Translations under genes and position numbers: made by a program | Shown here: one piece after another, positions 51,954 through 61,300 of the stretch | Numbering within the stretch: the stretch's first letter is position 1 | How the letters are laid out: every line of letters begins with the position of its first letter | From: Candidatus Aldehydirespiratoraceae bacterium | GTDB taxonomy: Bacteria > Actinomycetota > Acidimicrobiia > Acidimicrobiales > Aldehydirespiratoraceae | Direction: 5' to 3' | DNA: 64,000 nucleotides | Assembly: GCA_965198315.1 (NCBI GenBank) | Contig: OZ240616.1 | Location: forward strand, 509,586-573,585 | Notes under the pieces: generated by a model | The model's input: only the letters and a program-made list of their open reading frames with translations | Databases searched by the model: none | What the model was told of the DNA's origin: nothing

Positions 51954-54900
51954 ATGAGTTCAGCAGTAACGGGAAAGGGAGTGCCGGTGAAGGTGCCGAA
52001 CCGATCGATGCGGTTGAGTGTCCTTCGCCTTGTGCGTATGGCGGTGGCCTTTGTCGTCGTCGCGGGCAGTCTCGGTTTGGCTACGGTCACAGCGACCGCG
52101 CAGGACGGCGGTAGTTCGTGCCCATCTGAAGGCGCCGATAACTATTCGGATGTCGTTGAAGGCAGCACGCACGCCGCCAACATCGCATGCCTACGCGAGT
52201 TGGGTATCTCCGATGCTGGTGACACCTACCGTCCTGGCGAAGACATGACTCGTTCGGAAATGGCAGCGTTCATGGCCAATGCTTACGCGGCGCTGACAGG
52301 CGAGGAAGCGCCGATCGCCGAGCACATGTTCGCCGACATCGCCGATGACCCCAACGCTGATGACATTGCGCGCATCAGTCCTAATGGGCTCAAGATCACG
52401 ACCGGCACGACAGATACGACCTACTCGCCCGACGATCCTGTGATTCGTGCGCACATGGCTCTGTTCTTGACACGCCTCTATGAGAGGGTGACTGGTAGCG
52501 AAGCTCCGGCTGCAGACACTGAGTTCACCGACATTGCTGGGCGCAATGACGAGCAGCAGGCCGCTATTGGCCAGCTCTTTGGTCTGGGAGTTACGACGGG
52601 TACGACAGATACGACGTACTCGCCCACAGACAACGTGACACGCGAGCAGATGGCTTCGTTTGTTGCACGTATGTATCGGGAGATTGATGCGCTAGCTGAG
52701 GCTCCGGGAGCTCCGACCGGTGTGGCAGCTGCGGTCAGCGGCGACGATGGCGATGCCCTCGACGTGTCTTGGACAGCCCCTGAAGTCAGCGGCACCAGCG
52801 ACGTCACGGGCTATGTCGTGCAGTGGAAGTCGGGCGACGACGACTACTCCGAAGACAACCAGAGTTCGGTGGAAGACGCTTCATCCAACTTCCCTGGCCT
52901 CACCAAGGGCGCCACATACACATTCCGTGTCGCGGCGGTGAGCGATGACGGCCAGAGCGACTGGTCCGACGAGGCCTCGGCGACGATACCTAAGGCTCCA
53001 GGAGCTCCGACCGGTGTGGCAGCTGCGGTCAGCGGCGACGCTGGCGATGCCCTCGACGTGTCTTGGACAGCCCCTGAAGACAGCGGCACCAGCGACGTCA
53101 CCGGCTATGTCGTGCAGTGGAAGTCGGGAGACGACGACTACTCCGAAGACAACCAGAGCGACGCAACCGACACTTCGGCCACAGTCGATGGCCTCACCCA
53201 GGGCGACACCTACACATTCCGTGTCGCGGCGGTGAGCGCTGACGGCCAGAGCGACTGGTCCGACGAGGCCTCCGCTTTGATACCTGAGGCTTCGGGAGTT
53301 CCGACCGGTGTTGAAGTTGCGGTCAGCGGCGACGCTGGCGATGCGCTTGACGTGTCTTGGACAGCCCCTGAAGACAGCGGCACCAGCGACGTCACCGGCT
53401 ATGTCGTGCAGTGGAAGTCGGGAGACGACGACTACTCCGAAGACAACCAGAGCGACGCAACCGACACTTCGGCCACAGTCGATGGCCTCACCCAGGGCGA
53501 CACCTACACATTCCGTGTTGCCGCGGTGAGCGATGACGGCCAGAGCGACTGGTCCGACGAGGCCTCCGGCAACCCAGCGGTTGCTCCGGGTCTTGTAGGC
53601 GAGCTCACTTCGACGCCTGGTAACAGCACGCTGACCTTGAGCTGGACCGCTCCTGCCGATGACGGTGGCAGCGCGATCACCGGCTATCTGGTTTCGTGGC
53701 GCACCGGACGTCAAGCGTCGGCAGACACCGCCGACGTTGCTGGCGACGCAACGGGCTACACCATCACCGGTTTGAGGAACACAGCGAACTACTCGGTGTG
53801 GGTGGCGGCGATCAACGCTGCAGGCACTGGCGAGAACGCTTCAGTTCCTGCTGGCACCGACAATGTCTCTATCAGTCCAGTACCAACCGCGGCGACCGCT
53901 CCACAGAACGTGACAGTCACACCAGCTCCAGGTGGCGGTGTATTGGTCGTTTCTTGGACAGCGCCCGCTGACGATGGTGGCACGGTTCTGTTGGCCGCTG
54001 GTGCCTACACGGTCCAGCATCGTTGCGGCGACATAAGTGCGTGGAGCGATCCAGGAACGGCAGTTGATGTCGAATCGAACAAGCAGGTTCAGAGTACTAC
54101 GCTCACCGGCTTGACGAACGGCGATGCTTGCGAAGTTCGAGTTCGAGCGAACAGCTACAACGAAACGGATACCCCCGCCGACGGCCAGGACGGCGATGAG
54201 CCGACGCTGAACAGTCCTTGGGCTGAAGGCTCCGGTACTCCAGTAACGCTTCCGAACGCGCCGACCGGTGTGGAAGTCACTACTGCACATCAGTCCTTGC
54301 AGATCACATGGGACGCTCCCGAAGAGGACGGCGGCAGTGACGTCACTGGCTACAAGGTGATCTGGAACGCCGGCATCCCGGCTAACGCGACTGTTCCTGC
54401 CGAGCCACGGATGTACACGATCACTGGTCTGAACAATCAGTATCAGTACGCGGTAACGATCAACACGATCACCGCTGTTGGTGAAAGCACCGAAGCGTCG
54501 ACCGCTGAGAATGGCGATCCTGCTCCGGTACCTGCTGCGCCGACCAATGTCCAAGCGGCGCCACCAGCAGTAGTTGCTGGAGAGGACCATAGCGGTATCT
54601 CCTTGGTGGTCACTTGGAATGCGCCACCCTCCAACGGCACAGGCGCTGTAGTCAGTTACAACGTGCAAACCCGGACTTCCGTTGTGCTAGCCGATGACGG
54701 TTCGGTCACAACACCCGCTGGAGACTGGTCGGCCGCCGTAGTAGTAGCGGCGCCGATGACGAAGACCACTATCGACAGCTTGACGAACGGCACCTCCTAC
54801 GACGTACGGGTCCAGGCCACAAACTTGGACGCGGACGTTGCCACGAGCGGCCCCGGTCCATACGGCGTCGGTTCGGGAACTCCGGCCACACTGCCTGGTG

Positions 54901-55829
54901 AAGTCGCTGCTGCGACAACAGTTGTTGTGCCTGGTTACACCTCGTTGGATGTGCTCTGGGCTCCACCAGCCGACAACGGCAGCGACATCACCCACTACCT
55001 CGTGAGGTATGCAAGCAACGTGACCGGCAATGAGCCGTTCAGCAGCGACAGGCGAGTCCCTGCCCCGCTGACCCGGGTCAATCTCACCGGACTCGCCGTC
55101 GGTATTCCATACGTGATCCAGATCCAGGCCGTCAACGGCATTGGAACCGGAATCAACCCGACTGCTGACTTCGCCGGCTCGACCGGTCTGTACCCGAATG
55201 CTCCGGCATCGGTGACAGCCGTGCCGAAGGTGGACGGCGACGGAACGATGCTGACCGTGACATGGTCGAAGGTCACCCAGACCAACGGCACCGGCCCGGT
55301 CACTAGCTACGTCGTGGAAGTCCTTAATACGACCAACCCGGCCCCGTGGGCAGGGACAACGTTCCAAGTCGCAGACCTGACTGACCTGAAGGGCGACGTC
55401 ACCGTCAGCGACGGGGACACCTACCTGGTGAGGGTCAGGGCTGTAGCAGGGACCAACGGTAGCTTCGGCTACCTGGCTGGCACGGTCACGGCCGCAGGCG
55501 TACCAGACGCTGCTGAATATCCAGCAACGGTGACGGCCGTTGTCGACGAGGCAACCAGTTCCACAGTCAACGTGAGTTGGACAAGTGTCCCCGAAGGCAC
55601 CGATAGCGATATCACGGGCTACGTAGTGACTTGGTCCAATACCACCAACCCAGTGACTGGTAGCCGTGGCAGCGCCGCTGTCTCGGGTGCTGGAACCGGT
55701 GAGTACTCCATCACCGGCTTGAACCCCGGCACCTACAGAGTTCAGGTACGATCGGTCAACCATGTCGGTAGCAGCGACGTTACAGCTGGCGTCGCTGCCG
55801 CCGCTCCGGTGGTACCGCCACCCGAATAA
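51954..55829 (+). CDS. secreted surface protein: signal peptide, three SLH-like repeats, about ten fibronectin type III modules
   Basis: 1291 aa. Signal MAVAFVVVAGSLGLATVTATAQ. SLH-like repeats FADIADDPNADDIARI..TTGT..YSPDDPVIRAHMALFLTRLY. FN3 repeats with recurring W..P..DGGS.ITGY.V.W and Y.F.V.A.N..G. Confidence 0.85.
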   Translation: MSSAVTGKGVPVKVPNRSMRLSVLRLVRMAVAFVVVAGSLGLATVTATAQDGGSSCPSEGADNYSDVVEGSTHAANIACLRELGISDAGDTYRPGEDMTRSEMAAFMANAYAALTGEEAPIAEHMFADIADDPNADDIARISPNGLKITTGTTDTTYSPDDPVIRAHMALFLTRLYERVTGSEAPAADTEFTDIAGRNDEQQAAIGQLFGLGVTTGTTDTTYSPTDNVTREQMASFVARMYREIDALAEAPGAPTGVAAAVSGDDGDALDVSWTAPEVSGTSDVTGYVVQWKSGDDDYSEDNQSSVEDASSNFPGLTKGATYTFRVAAVSDDGQSDWSDEASATIPKAPGAPTGVAAAVSGDAGDALDVSWTAPEDSGTSDVTGYVVQWKSGDDDYSEDNQSDATDTSATVDGLTQGDTYTFRVAAVSADGQSDWSDEASALIPEASGVPTGVEVAVSGDAGDALDVSWTAPEDSGTSDVTGYVVQWKSGDDDYSEDNQSDATDTSATVDGLTQGDTYTFRVAAVSDDGQSDWSDEASGNPAVAPGLVGELTSTPGNSTLTLSWTAPADDGGSAITGYLVSWRTGRQASADTADVAGDATGYTITGLRNTANYSVWVAAINAAGTGENASVPAGTDNVSISPVPTAATAPQNVTVTPAPGGGVLVVSWTAPADDGGTVLLAAGAYTVQHRCGDISAWSDPGTAVDVESNKQVQSTTLTGLTNGDACEVRVRANSYNETDTPADGQDGDEPTLNSPWAEGSGTPVTLPNAPTGVEVTTAHQSLQITWDAPEEDGGSDVTGYKVIWNAGIPANATVPAEPRMYTITGLNNQYQYAVTINTITAVGESTEASTAENGDPAPVPAAPTNVQAAPPAVVAGEDHSGISLVVTWNAPPSNGTGAVVSYNVQTRTSVVLADDGSVTTPAGDWSAAVVVAAPMTKTTIDSLTNGTSYDVRVQATNLDADVATSGPGPYGVGSGTPATLPGEVAAATTVVVPGYTSLDVLWAPPADNGSDITHYLVRYASNVTGNEPFSSDRRVPAPLTRVNLTGLAVGIPYVIQIQAVNGIGTGINPTADFAGSTGLYPNAPASVTAVPKVDGDGTMLTVTWSKVTQTNGTGPVTSYVVEVLNTTNPAPWAGTTFQVADLTDLKGDVTVSDGDTYLVRVRAVAGTNGSFGYLAGTVTAAGVPDAAEYPATVTAVVDEATSSTVNVSWTSVPEGTDSDITGYVVTWSNTTNPVTGSRGSAAVSGAGTGEYSITGLNPGTYRVQVRSVNHVGSSDVTAGVAAAAPVVPPPE

Positions 55830-55924
55830 GAAATACCAAGATGTAGTCGGCTGGCTCCTGGGCTCTCCGCCGGGCCCAGAGAGCCGCCGGCTACTTAGCT
55901 GCAATTGCAACTAAGCATTAGTTC

Positions 55925-55952
55925 AGAGCCCGAGGTCTTGGCCTCGGGCTCT
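55925..55952 (+). terminator. perfect 11-bp stem hairpin (AGAGCCCGAGG-tcttgg-CCTCGGGCTCT) downstream of surface-protein gene 1
   Basis: Read directly, about 95 nt after the stop. A second imperfect palindrome lies at about 55895-55918. There is no U-tract. Confidence 0.5.
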
Positions 55953-56133
55953 AACTATTGTCCCCCCAAGTTCGATCCCACCCCCGAAACACCCCGACGA
56001 CCCGCCCCTGACCCAGCAACAGAGGTTCAACTTCCACCACGGTCCGATCGTCGACTCGATCACAAGGATGCCCCCGCTCCTGACGCCCCTGCGTCCGACG
56101 CGACCATCCGCAACAATAGAAGGAGCAAATCAG

Positions 56134-56832
56134 ATGGTTGAATTCAATGACTACGACATGGACGTTATGAAGGAAGTGGTCGACAGTCTTCCGGAAAGAT
56201 TCAATACCTATGACGTCTCTAAGCATCGTCGGATGCTCGACGAGCACAGGCGCGTGGTCGGGCATAGGAACTACCATGCGTTCGTCGGGAAGTTGCTCAA
56301 GAGCCCTACGAGGGGTTTGGGCTTGGAACAGACAACGCCCGATGGCCATTCACCTGCTTGCTGGAGGAACAGGCCAGCAGTGATAGAGATGCCGGACCCC
56401 GCTCCCCGGCTGCTTCAGGAACTCAGCGGTCACGGTATGGAAGCACTGTCAGGTGATGAAGCAGGGGTGCGGCACCACAGTGTCGGTGCCGTTCCAGAGG
56501 GCGCGAAGACCCGAGTCGAAGTAAACAGGTACGAGCGTGACAGCGGAGCAAGGCAGGCGTGCATCCAGCACTACGGAGCAATCTGCCAAGTGTGCGATTT
56601 GGATTTCTCGAAGCGCTACGGCGCAATCGGTGACGGGTTCATCAATGTCCACCACACAACACCGTTGTCACAGATCACAGATCACGACAACCACACGACC
56701 AATCCCTTGACGGATCTCGTGCCGGTGTGTCCCAACTGTCACGCCATGCTCCACAGAGGCGGGCTAATACCGTTCACCGTCGAGGAGCTTCAGCACCAGA
56801 TGACCCAAGCCGCAATGGGGCAACAGGACTGA
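56134..56832 (+). CDS. McrA-like HNH endonuclease with uncharacterised N-terminal domain
   Basis: 232 aa from ATG 56134 (AGGAG 8 nt upstream). C-terminal HNH: CQVCDLDFSKRYGAIGDGFINVHHTTPLSQI...NPLTDLVPVCPNCHAMLH. Confidence 0.8.
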   Translation: MVEFNDYDMDVMKEVVDSLPERFNTYDVSKHRRMLDEHRRVVGHRNYHAFVGKLLKSPTRGLGLEQTTPDGHSPACWRNRPAVIEMPDPAPRLLQELSGHGMEALSGDEAGVRHHSVGAVPEGAKTRVEVNRYERDSGARQACIQHYGAICQVCDLDFSKRYGAIGDGFINVHHTTPLSQITDHDNHTTNPLTDLVPVCPNCHAMLHRGGLIPFTVEELQHQMTQAAMGQQD

Positions 56833-57002
56833 ATGAAGCCATCCTGACATGCCCGTGCGGGGGTCTGGACCCGTCCATTGGTGGACGTTCGGCCCAACCG
56901 GTTCGCAGTAGTCAAGCGATTCGCGCGTAAGAGAACGATCTATCGGACCCGAACCGTCACTGGAACGTCCGCAACCAGTGCCTTCGGTTTACGGGCGAGC
57001 GT

Positions 57003-57338
57003 CTAGGCGGACGCTGCAGTTCGCTCATCCGACCTCAACGCCCAGATGCTCAGGCTTCGCTGGGACAAAGCGTCAAGATCGGTGATAGCGCCCAGATGGG
57101 AAGCGAGCCTGTCAGTGTCGCTGTCGAAATAGTTGCCATGGGTCTTTTTGACAGTCTCGATACTGGACGATCCGAGCAAGACAATGTCCATGTGCGGAAC
57201 GTCCACGTACTTTTCCTCTTCTGAGGTGTAAGCAGCCACGGCTTCGGTGGAATCCGTGAACTCCTGCAGATCAACTTGCCTGCCCTCAGCGCGGTCAAAC
57301 CGAATCAAGAAATAGACAATCTTCCCGGTTTCGTTCAT
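57003..57338 (-). CDS. hypothetical protein, translationally coupled to the RelA/SpoT-domain gene (candidate antitoxin)
   Basis: 111 aa. Its ATG overlaps the upstream stop (ATGA at 57335-57338). It is acidic and has no recognised motif. Confidence 0.5.
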   Translation of the reverse strand: MNETGKIVYFLIRFDRAEGRQVDLQEFTDSTEAVAAYTSEEEKYVDVPHMDIVLLGSSSIETVKKTHGNYFDSDTDRLASHLGAITDLDALSQRSLSIWALRSDERTAASA

Positions 57339-58051
57339 GGCCCTCTCAAGTCCTGTTGCGCCAGTCTAGTGAGCCTATCCAGGTCGTCAAGGAAGTTCTC
57401 GTCCAACGGCACCCCGGATTCTGTGCAAGCGGTCCCCTCGGCAAGCTTGCAGAGCCAGTCTAGGACCGGCTGAGGGCCAACACCGCTCTTGAGATCATGC
57501 CCAAGCATCACTCCGAGTTCTTCGACGAACACGGCCCACTCGTGCTGACCCGGTGTCCGCAACTGAACTTCAACTCTGCGGCCACGATAAACGGTCCGCA
57601 GGTGCACAGCACGGTAACCCGACGCGCGAGGACGTTCGACATAGTCGATGATCCTGTCGTCCTTACCGTTTCTGGTACGGCTGTTTCTTGAGAACCTGGT
57701 CTTGACTGCCTCTACTTCGTCAGCAGACTGCAGCACCACCCGGCACCCGCCGATGTCATTCATCTGGGAGAGCTTCATGTTGGGATACCGCAACAGCTTG
57801 TCCACGATTGTCGGCACCCGTTTCAACCGCTGTGTAACCTCACCTTCCAAGCGCAACGTGCGAAGGCAGGAACGAAGCCCGTTGTTTGCCGTCACGAGAG
57901 CCATCTTGTGATCATCGCGATACGCACGTACGACCTTCAGCGCTTCGTCGCGTTGTTGTCCAGCTAGAAGTTGTGAGTGGTCCAATTGGATAGCACGGAT
58001 CACGTCCGCAGCTTTGTTCGCTTGATTGTTGCTCACAGACCGCGACCGCAT
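57335..58051 (-). CDS. RelA/SpoT-domain small alarmone-synthetase-like protein (toxSAS candidate)
   Basis: 238 aa with synthetase-domain motifs RLKRVPTIVDKL, MNDIGGCRVV, GYRAVHL, VEVQLRTPGQHEWA. There is no hydrolase, TGS or ACT domain. Confidence 0.85.
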   Translation of the reverse strand: MRSRSVSNNQANKAADVIRAIQLDHSQLLAGQQRDEALKVVRAYRDDHKMALVTANNGLRSCLRTLRLEGEVTQRLKRVPTIVDKLLRYPNMKLSQMNDIGGCRVVLQSADEVEAVKTRFSRNSRTRNGKDDRIIDYVERPRASGYRAVHLRTVYRGRRVEVQLRTPGQHEWAVFVEELGVMLGHDLKSGVGPQPVLDWLCKLAEGTACTESGVPLDENFLDDLDRLTRLAQQDLRGP

Positions 58052-58199
58052 TCAACTCGGAAGGCTAACCACCTGATCCATCTGCGGCTCCGTCTTCTTG
58101 GCGGCCTGGCAGTTCGCACCAGCCTGAACGGCGCATCCCTGGCCGGCAGAGGCGTTCCGTCAACCCTCGTCGCCATTAGCCGAACGGCCTAGTCACGAA

Positions 58200-58301
58200 C
58201 TGTGTCCGGCGCATTATGTAGTCTGTTCAGTGCGGACAACCGATAGGTTTCGATTAGTGGTTGCGAAGAGCCAAGCAATCCAACCCAGAGTGGAGAAGGC
58301 A
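58200..58301 (+). promoter_or_regulatory. conserved 5' leader of SLH/FN3 surface-protein gene (copy 2)
   Basis: Counterpart of 51861-51953. It ends at the ATG 58302. Confidence 0.6.
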
Positions 58302-61300
58302 ATGATCCCAGCAGGCGCAGCAAAGAAGGCCCCAACCGGATTCCCGAACCAATCGATCCAGGCACGCCTGGTCCGTCTCACGCGCATGGCGGTCGCATTT
58401 CTCGTCGTCGCGGGCAGCCTCGGTTTGGCAACGGTCACGGCCACAGCGCAGTCCAACAACAGCTCATGCCCCTCCACCGACGCCGACGCCTACGCCGACC
58501 TGACCGACGAGAACAACTACGCCTACGACGACAGCCGCTGCCTAAAAGAACTCGGCATACCCGCACCGGGCGACAACTACCGTCCCGACGACGACATGAC
58601 CCGATCGGAGATGGCCCGGTTCATGGCCCGGACCTACGCACTCGTCACCGGAAACGAAGCCCCCGTCGTCGCCACCAACTTCACCGACGTCAGTGCCGAT
58701 GATCCCAACGCCGACGACATAGCCCGAATCTTCGGGCTGGGGATCACCACCGGCACCACACCCACCACCTACTCACCCGACAGCCCCGTGATCCGCGGGC
58801 ACATGGCCCTGTTCCTGGCGCGTCTCTATAAGAAGGCAACCGGCAGCGACGCCCCGAGAGCAAACACTCCATTCATCGACATCTCGGCTCGCAGTTCCGA
58901 ACAAGAGACGGCCATCGGCCAGATCTACCGGCTCGGCGTAACCACCGGCACCACAACCACAACCTATTCGCCCGGCGATGATGTAACACGCAGACAGATG
59001 GCCTCGTTCGTCGCACGAATGTACAGCGTCCTTGACGCCATCACCTCAGGAACCGCAGCCGACGCCCCCACCGACCTAGAAGTATCGGTCAGCGGCACCG
59101 ACGGTACTGCCCTCGAAGTCAACTGGACCGCCCCCGACGACACCGGTTCCAGCGACATCGTCAACTACCTCATCCAGTGGAAGACCGACGACACCAGCTA
59201 CACCCGAACAAACCAGCACGACACGACCGCCACATCAGCCACCTTCGACGACCTCACCGCGGGCGAAACCTACACCTTCCGTGTAGCCGCGCGGACAGCT
59301 GTAGGCCTCGGCGACTGGTCCGATGAGGCCTCCGGCAACCCAGCTACCGTTCCGGACGCTCCGACCGGTGTTGAAGTTGCGATCAGCGGCGACGTTGGAG
59401 ATGCGCTTGACGTGTCTTGGACAGCCCCTGAAGACAGCGGCTCTCACGATGTGACTGGTTACGTCGTGCAGTGGAAGTCGGGCGATGACGACTTCTCCGC
59501 TGACAACGAGAGCTCGGTAGACGGCACTTCGGCCACGATCGATGGCCTCACCAAGGGCACGGTGTACACCTTCCGTGTCGCCGCGGTGAACGTTGCCGGC
59601 CTCGGCGACTGGTCCGCCGATGCCTCCGGCAACCCAGCTACCGCTCCGGACGCTCCGACCGGTGTTGAAGTTGCGATCAGCGGCGACGTTGGAGATGCGC
59701 TTGACGTGTCTTGGACAGCCCCTGAAGACAGCGGCTCTCACGATGTGACTGGTTACGTCGTGCAGTGGAAGTCGGGCGATGACGACTTCTCCGCTGACAA
59801 CGAGAGCTCGGTGGACGGCACTTCGGCCACGATCGATGGCCTCACCAAGGGCACGGTGTACACCTTCCGTGTCGCCGCGGTGAACGTTGCCGGCCAAGGC
59901 GACTGGTCCGATGAAGCCTCCGGCAACCCAGCTACCGCCCCAGGCCTAGTCAGCGACCTTAGATCGACACCCCGCAACGCCTTGCTGGCCCTGAGATGGA
60001 CCGCTCCCGCCGACGACGGAGGCAGCGAAATCACCGGCTACGTGATCAGCTGGAAAACCGGACGCCAATCAACAAGAACCGCTGAGATCAACAACGGAGA
60101 CGCCACCTCCTACACCATCACCGGGCTGAGGAACTCCACGGTGTACTCGGTATGGGTACAGGCCACCAACGCTGCGGGCACCGGTGACAGAGCCAGCGCC
60201 CCCACCGGTACCAACAACTTCTCGGTCACCCCGGCACCAAACGCGCCAACCGCGCCACAAGACCTCACGGTCACCCCGGGCAACCGGACCCTGACCCTCA
60301 ACTGGAAGGAACCGGCCGACGACGGAGGGACCACCTTCACCGGTTACACCATCGAGAACCGCTGCGGCACTGCCAGCCGATTCAGTACAGCCAGCGGCTC
60401 GCCACAGCCACACAATACGGCCAGCGCGGTTCAGACCATCACGATCCACGGCTTGGCCAACGGCACCCACTGTGACGTGCGGGTAGCGGCCAACAGCTAC
60501 TACGACGCCGACCGCAACAACTTTCGGAGCTTCAACGAACCGATACTGACCAGCCCCTGGGCACAAGGTTTCGGCACCCCCGCAACTTTGCCGTTCGCAC
60601 CAACAAACGTAATGGTCACCACTGCTCACGAATCCCTGCAAGCCTCCTGGGCACCCCCCACCAACGACGGAGGCAGCGACATCACCGGATACAAGCTGAC
60701 CTGGTCCGCTGGTATCCCAGCCTCAGTCATCATCGGCAACCGCACGACCTACACGATCACCGGCTTGGACAACCGCTTCGCCTACACCGTAAGCGTCAAG
60801 ACGATCACCGATGTGGGCGAAAGCACAGCGGCGTTCGCCAGCGGCGACACGCAACCCCGCGCCGTGCCCGCAACGCCCCGGAACGTTCAAGTCAACACAG
60901 CACCGCTGCTGATCAACGGCAATACCAACGTCAACGCCGGCTCCAGCCTGGTAGTCACCTGGGATGCACCGCAGCCCAACGGCACCAACCCGGTCGACGG
61001 CTATGTCGTACAGCGGCGCGACTCCCTCATCTCCTCCACAACTCCGGGCGTCAATCCGATACCAGCAGGCCAATGGTTCAGCACAGGCGTAGGAACCGTG
61101 GATGTCATCAACAGGACCGTGACCATCGCAGGTCTCCAGACAGGCAGGTCCTACGACATCCGAGTCCAAGCGACCAACGACCACGACAGCAACACCGGCA
61201 CGACCTCAATAGGTGGCCCATGGGCCATGGGATCGGGGACTCCGGCAACCGCGCCCGCCGCAGTCACGCCGACACTCGAACCCGGGCACACATCGATAAT

